A DNA stretch of 51,468 bases from Pseudomonadota bacterium (GTDB taxonomy: Bacteria; Pseudomonadota; Gammaproteobacteria; Steroidobacterales; Steroidobacteraceae): positions 1-51,468 of the forward strand of contig JAJZZR010000254.1 of assembly GCA_021797465.1 (NCBI GenBank), given 5' to 3'. The notes beneath the pieces were generated by a model that worked only from the letters and a program-made list of their open reading frames with translations, was not told where the DNA came from and ran no database searches. The position numbers and the translations under genes are program-made. Below, one piece after another: positions 24,494-33,918 of the stretch. Each line of letters opens with the position of its first letter. Positions within the stretch are counted from its first letter, which is position 1.

Positions 24494-24682
24494 TCAGTCC
24501 CGCTTCGCGGCCTGCAAACCCGCTTGGTAGGCGGCCATCAAGGCACTCTTGACGGCCCAGACGCTGACCTCGTGGAAGTCCAGCTGGTCTCTGTTTCGGG
24601 TTTCCAGGGTTTCGATGAACAGGTGATCCAGCGCGATCTGCTCAAGCTGATGGTCGAGGATTTTGTCGGTTTGCTTGGCCAT
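24494..24682 (-). CDS. Hypothetical small protein (62 aa), leftward accessory gene 1
   Basis: ATG at 24682 with AAGGAG 6 nt upstream, behind cassette copy D. Confidence 0.6.
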   Translation of the reverse strand: MAKQTDKILDHQLEQIALDHLFIETLETRNRDQLDFHEVSVWAVKSALMAAYQAGLQAAKRD

Positions 24683-24748
24683 GTTTATCTCCTTGCAGCG
24701 TCGTTGATGGGGAGGACATGAACGCTTCATTTCTGGAACCAATCAAGT
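24683..24748 (-). promoter_or_regulatory. Promoter/operator/5'UTR cassette, copy D (diverged)
   Basis: Minus strand: CTTGATTG-gttccagaaa-TGAAGCGTTCAT-gtcctcccc-ATCAAC-gacgctgc-AAGGAG-ataaac-ATG. Contains an in-frame stop, so it is conserved as nucleic acid rather than as peptide. Confidence 0.55.
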
Positions 24749-24773
24749 TGTTTCTGCAGGGTTTTTGATCGTC

Positions 24774-25136
24774 ATGGCCACTCGCGCTCCGACGCCGTGC
24801 CGTTACCCGGGATGCCCGGCGCTGCTCGCCACACCGGGGTATTGCGACAGGCATCTGCGATCAGTCAGGAAACAGCAGGACGAGCGTCGTGGATCGGCTG
24901 CAAGTCGTGGATATGACTCACGGTGGCGCAAGGCGCGTGCCTTGTACTTGAGCCTGCATCCGCTGTGCGTCGAGTGCCGGCGGCACGGAAAGACGGTTGC
25001 CGCCTCGGTCGTCGACCACATCCAACCTCACAAGGGGGACGAGGATCTGTTCTGGGACGAGCGCAACTGGCAGGCGCTGTGCAAGCCCTGCCACGATGCC
25101 AAGACGGCTCGCGAGGACGGCGGCTTTGGCCGATGA
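24774..25136 (+). CDS. HNH endonuclease (packaging-associated)
   Basis: CVECRRHGK...VDHIQPHKGD...NWQALCKPCHDAKT. Located immediately upstream of the terminase genes. Confidence 0.88.
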   Translation: MATRAPTPCRYPGCPALLATPGYCDRHLRSVRKQQDERRGSAASRGYDSRWRKARALYLSLHPLCVECRRHGKTVAASVVDHIQPHKGDEDLFWDERNWQALCKPCHDAKTAREDGGFGR

Positions 25137-25243
25137 GATCGTCAACCGCCGGCCGGTAGGGGGATCATTTCCTTGGCGGCGCGGCGCTCAGGACCGCGCG
25201 CCTGCCCAAAGTTTTGCGCGTGCAAATTCAAAAGGATTTTTTT

Positions 25244-25732
25244 ATGGCCGCCGGCGGCAAACGGACGGGTGCGGGACGCAAGCCGCTGCCTGTCGCTGTA
25301 AAAAATATCAAGGGAACGCTTCAGAAGTGCAGAACCAACCCGAACGAACTCAAGCCCGTTGGGGTTCTCGGCGAGCCGCCCGAGTACATGTCAGATATCG
25401 CCAAGGAAGCCTGGCGCTACGCGGTGGCGAATGCCCCGGCCGGATTGCTGTCGTCGCTCGACGCCGCCGTGCTGGAGCGCTGGGCGAACTGCGCCGGAAT
25501 GTATCGTGAGGCGCTCGCCAAGATCAACCGATCCGGCGTATCGGGCATGCTGATCAAAACCCCCAGTGGCATCCTGCGGCGTTCGCCGCTGATGGACGTG
25601 ATCCGGGATCTTGCGCTGGAGATGAAAGGTTACGAAGCGGAGATGGGATTTACTCCGGCGTCCCGATCCCGGGTGCAGGTGGCGCAGGCGTTGCCGCACG
25701 CAGACGATCCCTGGGCGGACATTGCCGGCTGA
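25244..25732 (+). CDS. Terminase small subunit, P27 family
   Basis: GRKPLP...KGTLQKCR...AKEAWRY...GFTPASRSRV pattern. Confidence 0.85.
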   Translation: MAAGGKRTGAGRKPLPVAVKNIKGTLQKCRTNPNELKPVGVLGEPPEYMSDIAKEAWRYAVANAPAGLLSSLDAAVLERWANCAGMYREALAKINRSGVSGMLIKTPSGILRRSPLMDVIRDLALEMKGYEAEMGFTPASRSRVQVAQALPHADDPWADIAG

Positions 25733-27438
25733 TGGCAACGCAATACGCCACCGTCGCCCGGCACTATGCGGAAAGTGTGGTGGAGGGATCCATCCCCGCC
25801 TGCCGTTGGGTGAATCTCGCCTGCCAGCGGCAACTGGACGATCTGGCAAGATTCAAGGGCAAAGCAAGCCCGTATCGATTCAATCCCAGGCTCACGGATG
25901 GCAAAGGCCGCCGTTTCTATCCCGCCGACAACCTGTGCGCCTTCATCGAGCGTCTGCCGCACGTCAAGGGGCCGCTGGCAGGGGAATTGATCAAACTGGA
26001 ACCCTGGCAGGTGTTCATCCTCACCACGGTATTTGGTTGGGTCAAGCCCGATGGGAAGCGGCGTTTTCGTCGATCCTACATCGAGGTACCACGAGGCAAC
26101 GCCAAGTCGACGCTCTCGTCTGCTCTGGCGCTCTACATGCTGGCGGCCGATGGCGAGGGCGGTGCCGAGGTGTATTCACTGGCCACCACCCGCGACCAGG
26201 CGCGCATCGTGTTCGGCGATGCGCAGATGATGGCGCGTAAAAGTCCCGGGTTTCGATCCCGGTTCGGGGTCGCAGTCGGTGCGCACAATATTCATGTGCT
26301 GGCATCCGGCTCCAAGTTCGAGGCCTTGTCCGCCGAAGGCTCGACGCTCGATGGGCTGAACATTCACTTCGGCTGCATCGATGAACTGCACGCGCACAAG
26401 ACGCGCACGGTCTACGACGTGGTGGAGACCGCCACCGGAAAGCGCGACAACTCCCTGCTCTGGGTGATCACCACCGCAGGCAGCAACCGGTCCGGCATCT
26501 GCTATGAGGCACGCACGTTCGTGACCAAACTGCTGGAAGGATTGTTCGAGGACGACTCCCAGTTCGGCATCATCTACGGACTGGATGACGGGGATGACTG
26601 GACGAGTGAAGCCGCGCTCATCAAGGCCAACTCGAACTGGGGCATCTCGGTGCGGCCGGAGGTATTGTTGCCGCTGCAGGCGAAAGCCATGCAACTGCCT
26701 TCGGCCATCAACAACTTCAAGACCAAGCACCTGAACGAATGGGTGAGCGCGGATGCGTCCTGGATGGACATGCGGGATTGGGATGCCTGTGCAGACAGCA
26801 CGATTTCACTCGATCAGTTCGAAGGCGGCCGCTGTTTCATCGGAATCGACCTGGCGAGCAAGGTGGATGTGGCGGCCAAGGCCAGGATCTTCGAGCGCGA
26901 GGGCAATCTGTATGTGTTCCTGGACTATTACCTGCCGGAATCGGCGATCGAGGACGGACGCAACAGCCAGTATTCGGGCTGGGCAAGACAGGGGCGGCTC
27001 ACGGTGACGCCCGGCAACGTGACCGACTTCGATCAGATCGAGGCGGAACTCGTGGAGGACGCGAGCCGGTTCGAGGTGGCGGAAGTGCCGTTCGACCCCT
27101 TCCAGGCGACCCAGTTATCGAGTCATCTCATCGCGCAGGGACTGCCGATGGTGGAGATGCGGCCGACGGTGCTCAACTTCTCGGAACCGATGAAGCATCT
27201 GGAAGCGCTGGTGCTGCAAAAGCGCCTGGTGCATGACGGCGATCCGGTACTGGCCTGGATGATCTCCAACGTGGTCTGCCATCGGGATGCGAAGGACAAC
27301 ATCTACCCACGCAAAGAGCGGGAGGAGAACAAGATCGACGGCGTGGTGGCCTTGATCATGGCATTGGGGAGACAGATGGTACACAACAGCGCGTCGGCAC
27401 CGGTGATCGACACCGATTACCGCATCATGGTGATCTGA
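25732..27438 (+). CDS. Terminase large subunit
   Basis: 568 aa with Walker-like VPRGNAKST and CIDELH. Position between terS and portal. Confidence 0.93.
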   Translation: MATQYATVARHYAESVVEGSIPACRWVNLACQRQLDDLARFKGKASPYRFNPRLTDGKGRRFYPADNLCAFIERLPHVKGPLAGELIKLEPWQVFILTTVFGWVKPDGKRRFRRSYIEVPRGNAKSTLSSALALYMLAADGEGGAEVYSLATTRDQARIVFGDAQMMARKSPGFRSRFGVAVGAHNIHVLASGSKFEALSAEGSTLDGLNIHFGCIDELHAHKTRTVYDVVETATGKRDNSLLWVITTAGSNRSGICYEARTFVTKLLEGLFEDDSQFGIIYGLDDGDDWTSEAALIKANSNWGISVRPEVLLPLQAKAMQLPSAINNFKTKHLNEWVSADASWMDMRDWDACADSTISLDQFEGGRCFIGIDLASKVDVAAKARIFEREGNLYVFLDYYLPESAIEDGRNSQYSGWARQGRLTVTPGNVTDFDQIEAELVEDASRFEVAEVPFDPFQATQLSSHLIAQGLPMVEMRPTVLNFSEPMKHLEALVLQKRLVHDGDPVLAWMISNVVCHRDAKDNIYPRKEREENKIDGVVALIMALGRQMVHNSASAPVIDTDYRIMVI

Positions 27439-28667
27439 TGGGGATCCGCGCATGGGTTTCCCACCTCCTGGCCGGCGGCGACCGTTCGCCTTACGGCGGG
27501 TTCTGGTTCGAGCCGGTGGGTGTGCAGACGACGAGCGGCCTGCGGGTGTCGGCAGACAGCGCCCTGCAACTGTCGGCCGTGTTCGCCTGCGTGCGCATCA
27601 TTGCGAGCCAGTTTGCCAGCCTCCCCTTCACGCTGTATCGCAATCGCGCAGATGGCGGCAAGGATCGGGTGACGAATCATCCGGTTTACACCCTGCTCGC
27701 CCGGCGGCCGAATCCGTACCAGAACGCCTTCGAGTGGCGCGAGATGATGGCGGGGCATCTCGCGCTGCGCGGCAACGCCTACAACCAGATCGTGTCCGAC
27801 AGCCGGGGCAACATCACGGCACTGTTACCGCTGCACCCGGACCGGATGCAGATCCTGCTCGCCGCCAACGGCGATTACAGTTACCAGTACACCCGTCTCA
27901 ACGGGGCGATCGCCACCTATTCGCGTGGTGAAATCTGGCATCTGCGCGGTTTGTCGTCGGACGGCATCATCGGACTATCCCCGATCGCGCTGGCACGGAA
28001 CGCCATCGGCGGCGCGCAGGCGGCACAGGATTACGGCGCACGCTTCTTTGCCAACGACGCCACCCCAACCGGCGGCTGGGTGGAGTATCCGGGCTCCTTC
28101 AAGGACCGGCAGTCCCGCGAGCAATTCCGGGAATCCCTGCAGGAAGCACAGTCCGGCATCAATCACGGCAAACTCGCGGTGTTCGAGTTCGGCATGAAGT
28201 ACCACCAGATCAGCGTGACGCCGGAAGACGCACAGTTTCTGGAGACGCGCCGGTTTCATGTCACCGACATCGCCCGCTGGTTCGGTGTGCCGCCGCACAA
28301 GATCGGCGATCTGGATCGGGCGACCAACAACAACATCGAACAGCAGGCGCTGGAATTCGTGCAGGAGACCCTGGGCCCGATGGCCGAGCGCTGGGAGTCC
28401 TCGATCGAGGCCGAGCTGCTGTTCGACGATGAGGAGCTGGAAGCGGAATTCCAGTTCTCGCAGCTGATGCGTGGCGATTCGCAGTCGCGCGCCACGTTCT
28501 ACAACATGGGCATCCAGTCGGGCTGGTTGACGCGCAATGAAGCCCGGATCGCAGAAAACTTGAACCCGCTGCCGGGTCTGGATCAGCCCTTGCGGCCGCT
28601 CAACATGGTCGAAGAGGGGCAGAACGATCCGCTGCCACCACACACTTCCGATACGCCTCGAGGATGA
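27438..28667 (+). CDS. Portal protein (HK97 family)
   Basis: 409 aa, position-typical sequence (GNAYNQIV...GLSPI...), TGATG coupling to terL. Confidence 0.92.
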   Translation: MGIRAWVSHLLAGGDRSPYGGFWFEPVGVQTTSGLRVSADSALQLSAVFACVRIIASQFASLPFTLYRNRADGGKDRVTNHPVYTLLARRPNPYQNAFEWREMMAGHLALRGNAYNQIVSDSRGNITALLPLHPDRMQILLAANGDYSYQYTRLNGAIATYSRGEIWHLRGLSSDGIIGLSPIALARNAIGGAQAAQDYGARFFANDATPTGGWVEYPGSFKDRQSREQFRESLQEAQSGINHGKLAVFEFGMKYHQISVTPEDAQFLETRRFHVTDIARWFGVPPHKIGDLDRATNNNIEQQALEFVQETLGPMAERWESSIEAELLFDDEELEAEFQFSQLMRGDSQSRATFYNMGIQSGWLTRNEARIAENLNPLPGLDQPLRPLNMVEEGQNDPLPPHTSDTPRG

Positions 28668-28668
28668 C

Positions 28669-29919
28669 ATGGCCCTGCAACTGAACCCCAAAGCCAAAGC
28701 GCACGCCCGGCAAGTCATTTCGGCGGGCCGCGTGGATCGTGACACGCCGTGGAGCATCGATGCCGATGAAGAGAATGCCCTGCTGGGCGATGACGACTGG
28801 GCGCAGTACGGCCTGTGGTTTCTGGGGCTGGATGAGTCCGAGAACAGCGACACCAAGGCGCATTACCGCTATCCGGTGGGCAAAGCCGACAAGGTGTATC
28901 GCTCGGCACTGATCGCGATTCGACAGCGTGCCGGACAGCAGGATGCGGCGGGCATCTTCGAGGCCGCAGGCGAACTGATCGGGCTCATCGATGCGGATGC
29001 ACCCGATCACGACGCCGCGGCCCCGACGGAATCCGCCGATAAGGCGGGGGCCGGCTCCCTTGCGCTCGATACCCGTCGCCTGGAGATGGCCGCCAGCCCC
29101 TGGGCGCTGATGCCGGAGTGTCTGGCGGCGGTCGTACACCCTTTTGCCGTATCGACACAGGCACGTCCGGTCATGCGCCGGGATCCCACATCCTCGAAAG
29201 GCGCGATTGCCGTGCTCTCCCTTTCAGGCGTCATCACGCAGCATCCGGACTGGATGGGCGACACCAGCATCGACGGCTTCATGGCGGATTTCATGATGGC
29301 GATGAAGGATCCTGCGGTAGGCGCCATCCTCATTTCCATCGACTCCCCCGGCGGCTCGGTGTATGGGGTGCAGGAGGTGTCAGAGATGATGCTGTCCCTG
29401 CGCGAGCAGAAGCCGGTGGTGGCGTTTGCCAACAGTCTCGCGGCCTCTGCCGCCTACTGGATCGGCTGCTCGGCATCGCGGTTCTACTGCACGCCGGGCG
29501 GCGAAGTGGGCAGCATCGGCGTGTGGCAGGCGCACATGGACATCTCCGGCATGCTCGACAATGCGGGCATTCAGACCACGGTGATCTCGGCGGGCAAATA
29601 CAAGACCGAAGGCAATCCCTATCAGCCTCTGGATGTCGATGCACAGGCCTTCATGCAGTCGCGGGTGGACGATTACTACGCGGCCTTCGTGGCTGCGGTG
29701 GCCTCGGCACGAGGCGTTGCGCCCGATGTCGTGAGAAGCGGCATGGGGCAAGGCCGGGTGCTGGGGGCCGCCGACGCCTTGAAACAGAACATGATCGACG
29801 GCGTGATGACCCTGCCGCAGGTCTTGCAGGACATGGCGCGGCAACTCTCGGCGAAGGGTCCGCAGCCGTCCAGGAAGGGGTCCGCTTCCAGCCGCAGCCG
29901 CCTGGCCGTTCTGGCCTGA
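28669..29919 (+). CDS. S49/ClpP-like prohead protease with an approx. 110-aa N-terminal extension
   Basis: ILISIDSPGGSVYG and ANSLAASAAYWIG. Position between portal and capsid. Confidence 0.88.
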   Translation: MALQLNPKAKAHARQVISAGRVDRDTPWSIDADEENALLGDDDWAQYGLWFLGLDESENSDTKAHYRYPVGKADKVYRSALIAIRQRAGQQDAAGIFEAAGELIGLIDADAPDHDAAAPTESADKAGAGSLALDTRRLEMAASPWALMPECLAAVVHPFAVSTQARPVMRRDPTSSKGAIAVLSLSGVITQHPDWMGDTSIDGFMADFMMAMKDPAVGAILISIDSPGGSVYGVQEVSEMMLSLREQKPVVAFANSLAASAAYWIGCSASRFYCTPGGEVGSIGVWQAHMDISGMLDNAGIQTTVISAGKYKTEGNPYQPLDVDAQAFMQSRVDDYYAAFVAAVASARGVAPDVVRSGMGQGRVLGAADALKQNMIDGVMTLPQVLQDMARQLSAKGPQPSRKGSASSRSRLAVLA

Positions 29920-29942
29920 GCCGCACCGATCGACCCAAACCC

Positions 29943-29965
29943 GCCGCCTCCGGGCGGCTTTTTTA
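29943..29965 (+). terminator. Weak terminator/attenuator between protease and capsid genes
   Basis: GCCGCC, loop TCCG, GGCGGC, then TTTTTTATT. Confidence 0.55.
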
Positions 29966-29982
29966 TTCCCGAGAGGAGAACC

Positions 29983-31338
29983 ATGAGCAAGAAACTGCGT
30001 GAGTTGCAGGCGAAGAAATCTGCGGTCGCCCAAGAAAAGGTCGATCTGCTGAATTCGGCATCCAGCCTGCTGGACAGGGCCGACGCCGAGGGACGCGATC
30101 TGAACGACGAGGAGGGGCGGGAATTCGCCCGTCTCAAGGCGAACGCCGATCTCAAGGGGACCGAGATCGAGCGCATTCAGGCGGCGATCGACCTCGAGCA
30201 GGAGAGGATCGCGGCCCGGGCTGCGGCGGGATCGGTGGTGGTGTTGGCCGGCAACGGGCAGGACATCACGGTGGAGGATCGCGGCGCGCTGGATCAGAGC
30301 GCGGGCTTTCGCAACTTCGGTGAATTCGCCCGTGCGGTCTTCCAGGCCTCCCTGCCGGGCAATGCGCCGGATGGCCGGTTGCTGACGCAGCGACTGGCGG
30401 CGGCACCCACGGTCTACGGCTCCGAGACGGCGGGTGCCGATGGCGGCTTCCTGGTTCCGCCGCAGTTCGCCAGGGACATCTTTACGCTGTCGCTGGACGA
30501 CGAGGCCCTGCTGCCGTTGACCGACAACACCAACGTGGCGGGCAACGCGATGGTGTTCCCGAAGGACGAGACGACGCCCTGGGGGACGGACGGCATCACG
30601 GTCGCCTGGCAGGCCGAGGGGCTGGCGGCTGCCACCTCGAAGCCCAAGCTGGGCACTTCTGCCTTGCGCCTCAAGAAGCTGATGGCGCTCGTTCCCATCA
30701 CCGACGAGCTGCTCTCGGACACCGATGCGCTGACGTCCTATCTGCCGAAGAAGGTTGCCTCCCGCATGCAGTGGAAGATCAACGAGTCGATCCTGTTCGG
30801 CTCGGGTGCCGGGATCCCGCAGGGGGCGCTGGCAGGTAGCGCGGTGATCACCCAGGCGAACGACAGCGGCCAGGCGACCAACACGCTCACCCCGATGAAT
30901 CTCGCCAACATGATCTCGCGGCTGCCGCCGGGATCGTTCAAGAACGCGGTGTGGATCGTCAACAACAGCGTGCTGCCGGCCCTCTTCACCCTGACGCTCG
31001 GCAACTATCCGATCTACCTGCCGGTCGGCGGCGGTGTGGGCGGCATGCGGGGTTCGCCCTACGGCACGTTGCTCGGACGCCCGGTGTACGTCTCGCAGCA
31101 TGCGTCGCAATTCTCGAGCCAGGGCGATGTGATCCTGGTCGATCTGTCCTACTACCAGACCATCACCAAGGAGGGCGGCATGGAGACGGCGACCTCGATG
31201 CATCTGTATTTCGATGCGGACGCCACGGCGTTTCGCACGCTGTTTCGCATGGACGGGCAGGCGAAGATCGCCGCGCCCATCCTTCCGGCCAAGGGGGCTG
31301 CGACGCTCTCGCCCTTCATTCAACTGGCTGCCCGTTGA
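29983..31338 (+). CDS. Major capsid protein, HK97 fold, with N-terminal coiled-coil delta domain
   Basis: 451 aa, coiled-coil N-terminus (LRELQAKKSAVAQEKVDLL...), no separate scaffold gene, GAGGAGAA SD. Confidence 0.92.
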   Translation: MSKKLRELQAKKSAVAQEKVDLLNSASSLLDRADAEGRDLNDEEGREFARLKANADLKGTEIERIQAAIDLEQERIAARAAAGSVVVLAGNGQDITVEDRGALDQSAGFRNFGEFARAVFQASLPGNAPDGRLLTQRLAAAPTVYGSETAGADGGFLVPPQFARDIFTLSLDDEALLPLTDNTNVAGNAMVFPKDETTPWGTDGITVAWQAEGLAAATSKPKLGTSALRLKKLMALVPITDELLSDTDALTSYLPKKVASRMQWKINESILFGSGAGIPQGALAGSAVITQANDSGQATNTLTPMNLANMISRLPPGSFKNAVWIVNNSVLPALFTLTLGNYPIYLPVGGGVGGMRGSPYGTLLGRPVYVSQHASQFSSQGDVILVDLSYYQTITKEGGMETATSMHLYFDADATAFRTLFRMDGQAKIAAPILPAKGAATLSPFIQLAAR

Positions 31339-31376
31339 GCCTTGCCTGTCCATCACCTGTCTGAAAGGAGCCTCCC

Positions 31377-31823
31377 ATGATTTTGAATGAAAAACTCTCC
31401 GAAGCCGTAGCGGTGCTGGCCGTCATTCCTCCTGCGGCACAGACGCCTGGCGTGCTGTTCAGCCCGTGGATCGAACTCGATGTGGCGGATCGTCTGCTCG
31501 CCATCATTCAGGTCGGCACCTTCGGTGCCAATGCCACGGTGGATGCATCGATTGCGCAGGCGCAGGATGCCAGGGGTACGCATGCCAAACCGATCGGCGC
31601 CGGCAAAGCGGTTGCCCTGCACGCCGCCATGGGCCACGACGTACAGGCGACGATCGATGTGGGCACCGCCGATCTGGATGCGGCCGATGGCTATGGCTTC
31701 GTGCAGTTGGGGGTGTCGGTGGGGGTTGCCGCGACCGAAACCGCCGCAGTGATCCTGGGCGGCTCGTCGCGGTATGAACCCGCAAGCGGCTTCAATGCCG
31801 CATCGGTCGTCGCGTCGGTCTGA
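31377..31823 (+). CDS. Hypothetical head-associated protein (148 aa)
   Basis: AAGGAG upstream; position after the capsid gene. Confidence 0.6.
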   Translation: MILNEKLSEAVAVLAVIPPAAQTPGVLFSPWIELDVADRLLAIIQVGTFGANATVDASIAQAQDARGTHAKPIGAGKAVALHAAMGHDVQATIDVGTADLDAADGYGFVQLGVSVGVAATETAAVILGGSSRYEPASGFNAASVVASV

Positions 31824-32674
31824 TGCCGCTGCAACTCGTACGGGATGCGGCGGTAGAGCCGCTCAGCATCGGCGATGCCAAGCTGCATCTGCGCGTGGAT
31901 ATCCCGGATGACGATGTGCTGATCGGTGCACTGATCGCGGCCGCGCGCCGGTTTGCCGAGAACCTCACCCAACGCGCGCTGATCTGCCAGGCGTGGCGGC
32001 TGGTGATCGACTCGTTTCCGGGGCCGACCCTGATCGGGGTGCCCTGGGGCAAGACCTTCACGCTGCCCCAGCACGCGATCGTGCTCGAGAAGTCCGCGGC
32101 CCGGAGCGTGACGGCCATCCGATATCTCGACATGCAGGGGGGCTGGCAAACCCTGCCGTCTGCCGCGTACACGGTGGACTATACGTCGGAGCCCTGCCGC
32201 ATCACCCCGGTCTTCGGCCAGATCTGGCCGATCCCCTTGCCGCAGATCGGCGCGGTCGAGGTGACGTTCACGGCGGGCTATGCGGTGCCGGTGACCTTCT
32301 CGGGCAACACGATGACGGTGCCTGCCGACTGGCAGCCGTATTCGGTGGGCGACGTGGTGCAACTCTCGAATGTCGGAGGCATGCTTCCGGCAGCGTTGTC
32401 GCCCACCACCAACTATTTCATCGAGTCGGTGGTGTCAGCGGGCGTCTACACCATTGCCGCAACACCGGGTGGGCCGGCAATCACCCTGCTCGATGCTGGA
32501 AGCGGCACGAGTCTCGTCGGTGTGGTGCCGGAGGGCATCACCTCGTGGATGAAGCTGCGGGTCGGCACCTTGTACCAGCACCGCGAGGAATACTTCACCA
32601 GCGAGAAATCCGGCAAGGTGCTGCCGCTGCCGTTCGTCGACCGGCTGCTCGATCCGTACCGGGTGGTGTTCTGA
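31823..32674 (+). CDS. Head-tail connector (gp6-like N-domain) with C-terminal extension
   Basis: LSIGDAKLHLRVD...LIAAARRFAENLTQRAL. Confidence 0.72.
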   Translation: MPLQLVRDAAVEPLSIGDAKLHLRVDIPDDDVLIGALIAAARRFAENLTQRALICQAWRLVIDSFPGPTLIGVPWGKTFTLPQHAIVLEKSAARSVTAIRYLDMQGGWQTLPSAAYTVDYTSEPCRITPVFGQIWPIPLPQIGAVEVTFTAGYAVPVTFSGNTMTVPADWQPYSVGDVVQLSNVGGMLPAALSPTTNYFIESVVSAGVYTIAATPGGPAITLLDAGSGTSLVGVVPEGITSWMKLRVGTLYQHREEYFTSEKSGKVLPLPFVDRLLDPYRVVF

Positions 32675-33006
32675 TGGCGCTCGTCTCCAGTGGGATTCTC
32701 GATCAGCGCATCACGATCAACAGACTCACCGTGGTGCGCGGCCCCTTGGGCGGGCACGACGAGACCTGGGCGCCCTATGCCACGGTGTGGGCGCAGATGC
32801 AGGACATGACCGGGCGCGAGATCTTCCAGGCCAAAGCGATGGGCAGTGCTGCGACCAAACTCTTCACCATCCGCTATCTCGCGGGGGTAAAACCCGCCAT
32901 GCAGGTGATCGCCCCCGACGGCACCGTCTGCCGCATCGAATGGATCCGCTCTGTGACCCGCAAGGAATACCTGGAACTCTACTGTCTGGTGCTCGATGAC
33001 GACTGA
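32674..33006 (+). CDS. Head closure / head-tail adaptor protein
   Basis: 110 aa, ...TWAPYATVWAQMQDMTGREIFQA... pattern, TGATG coupling. Confidence 0.78.
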   Translation: MALVSSGILDQRITINRLTVVRGPLGGHDETWAPYATVWAQMQDMTGREIFQAKAMGSAATKLFTIRYLAGVKPAMQVIAPDGTVCRIEWIRSVTRKEYLELYCLVLDDD

Positions 33007-33490
33007 CATCCACATCAAGGGCCTGGAAGGCTTGCAGGCGCTGCTCGACGAATTGCCCGCCCGGATCGAAAAGAATGTCGTGCGCGGCGGCCTGCGCGCG
33101 GCGGCCAAGGTGGTCGAAGCCGAAGCCAAACGGCTATGCCCGGTGGGCGAAGGCGATCTTCCCAAGGGCCGAACGTCCGGCGCGCTGCGCGATTCGATCC
33201 ACGTCTCGATGCGCACCCGGCGCGGCCGCGTTCAGGCCACCATCGGGGCCGGTGGCGGCAACGCCTGGTATGCGGGAATGGTGGAGCACGGCACCGCGCG
33301 GCACTGGATCAAGCCCAAGAACCGCAAGAGCCTCTTTCTGGCGGGGCTCGAGCGCCAGGTCGTGCTGCATCCGGGGGCGACCAAGAAACCCTTCATGCGG
33401 CCTGCCATCGACGCCAAGGCGCAGGAGGCCATCGAGACCTTCTCGGCGTACCTCAAAAACCGGCTCGCCAGGATCGAGGCCAGGAAATGA
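32996..33490 (+). CDS. HK97 gp10-family tail-completion protein
   Basis: LQALLDELPARIEKNVVRGGLRAAAKVVEAEAKRLCPV. Confidence 0.8.
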   Translation: MTTDIHIKGLEGLQALLDELPARIEKNVVRGGLRAAAKVVEAEAKRLCPVGEGDLPKGRTSGALRDSIHVSMRTRRGRVQATIGAGGGNAWYAGMVEHGTARHWIKPKNRKSLFLAGLERQVVLHPGATKKPFMRPAIDAKAQEAIETFSAYLKNRLARIEARK

Positions 33491-33879
33491 AGCCGGAAAC
33501 CGTCATCTACACCCTGCTCAACGCCTCCGGTGCTATTGCTGCGCAGGTGGGCGAGAGGATTTATCTGGACACGCGACCAGAAGCTGATCCGTTGCCGGCG
33601 ATCACCTTCGGCCTCATCAGCGACGTGCAGGACGGCGCGCGACCGATCGATCCGGAGCTTGTCACCGCGCGCGTGCAGGTCAACTGCATGGGCAATGTGG
33701 CAGATGAACTCGTCGGCTTGCGCGAGAGCGTGCGCATGGCCTGCCACAACCAGTCCGGCACGATCGGCGGCGTCGAGGTCGTGGCGTCCATCCAGCAGAG
33801 CATGGGGCCGGACACCTACGACGAGCTGGTAAACGTGTACCTGAAACCGATCGATTTCAAGATCCATTACGTCCGCTGA
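33487..33879 (+). CDS. DUF3168-like tail terminator/completion protein
   Basis: 130 aa, VIYTLLNASGAIAAQVGERIY, ATGA coupling. Confidence 0.72.
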   Translation: MKPETVIYTLLNASGAIAAQVGERIYLDTRPEADPLPAITFGLISDVQDGARPIDPELVTARVQVNCMGNVADELVGLRESVRMACHNQSGTIGGVEVVASIQQSMGPDTYDELVNVYLKPIDFKIHYVR

Positions 33880-33918
33880 TCAGGCGGACACTTTCTTACC
33901 CAGACAGGAGCATCGATC

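Noticed and set aside
25137-25243. GC-rich tract between HNH and terS as the cos site
   Set aside because: The location is plausible for an HNH-dependent cos phage, but nothing in the sequence itself identifies the cohesive ends. Virion DNA end sequencing would be needed.
29380-31356. 658-aa minus-strand ORF, the longest of many long antisense ORFs (also 12578-13582, 13589-14872, 22065-23537, 40655-42079, 43360-44877, 6870-7682)
   Set aside because: All of these lie opposite genes with strong family signatures (capsid, helicase, methylase, tail). They are Arg/Gly/Pro-rich with no starts backed by an SD, so they are GC-driven open frames rather than genes.
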